A DNA stretch of 63,735 nt, the filler included, from Octopus bimaculoides (lineage: Eukaryota), in the NCBI RefSeq assembly GCF_001194135.2. It is 7 parts of 6 records of this genome, joined end to end, with 100 filler letters (N's around TTAATTAATTAA, not from the genome) between each part and the next. Parts side by side here need not be neighbours in the genome. Positions count along the whole stretch, not along the records: positions 61,513 to 63,735 come from NC_068988.1; 6 more parts are not named here. One strand, given 5' to 3'. Both the position numbers and the translations under genes were made by a program. Under the pieces are notes generated by a model that was not told the origin of the DNA, searched no databases, and saw only the letters and a list, made by a program, of their open reading frames with translations. Positions 63,685 through 63,735 of this stretch are shown here, in pieces (positions within the stretch are counted from its first letter, which is position 1; every line of letters begins with the position of its first letter).

Positions 63685-63735
63685 ACTTGTTTCAGTCATT
63701 TGACTGCGGCCATGCTGGAGCACCGCCTTTAGTCG
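63685..63735 (-). mobile_element. SINE family B 3' tail, running off the window edge
   Basis: 'tacttgtttcagtcatttgactgcggccatgctggagcaccgcctttagtcg'. Confidence 0.9.

Overview
AT-rich, repeat-saturated eukaryotic DNA with about 22 N-gaps (roughly 5.9 kb), nearly all flanked by (TA)n/(CA)n tracts. The SINE families and microsatellite load look like a coleoid cephalopod, most likely Octopus; this is inferred from recalled repeat families, not from a search. No intact protein-coding gene, tRNA, rRNA or CRISPR array is supported, and almost all long ORF-track entries are microsatellite or N-gap artefacts. Supported content: (1) an intronless, triple-frameshifted FKBP12-type retrocopy at about 38.07-38.38 kb; (2) at least eight fragments of R4/Dong-like RLE-type non-LTR retrotransposons, the better-preserved ones sitting in (TAA)n tracts in one fixed orientation, twice inside the (ATT)n tail of another retroelement; (3) three mariner relics plus RTE, CR1/L2-like, HERO-like and L1/Tx1-like LINE fragments; (4) several tRNA-derived SINE families, one sharing a 3' motif and a covarying terminal hairpin with the CR1/L2-like LINE; (5) Penelope-type fragments with minimal hammerhead ribozyme folds, best at 19998-20053; (6) two long, nearly stop-free AT-rich frames (23404-24057 +, 59930-60433 -) that may be decayed exons of unidentified genes. 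The strongest candidate for an under-described system is the retroelement ecology around TAA repeats, where SINE/LINE tails create (ATT)n tracts that serve as orientation-specific landing pads for R4/Dong elements.
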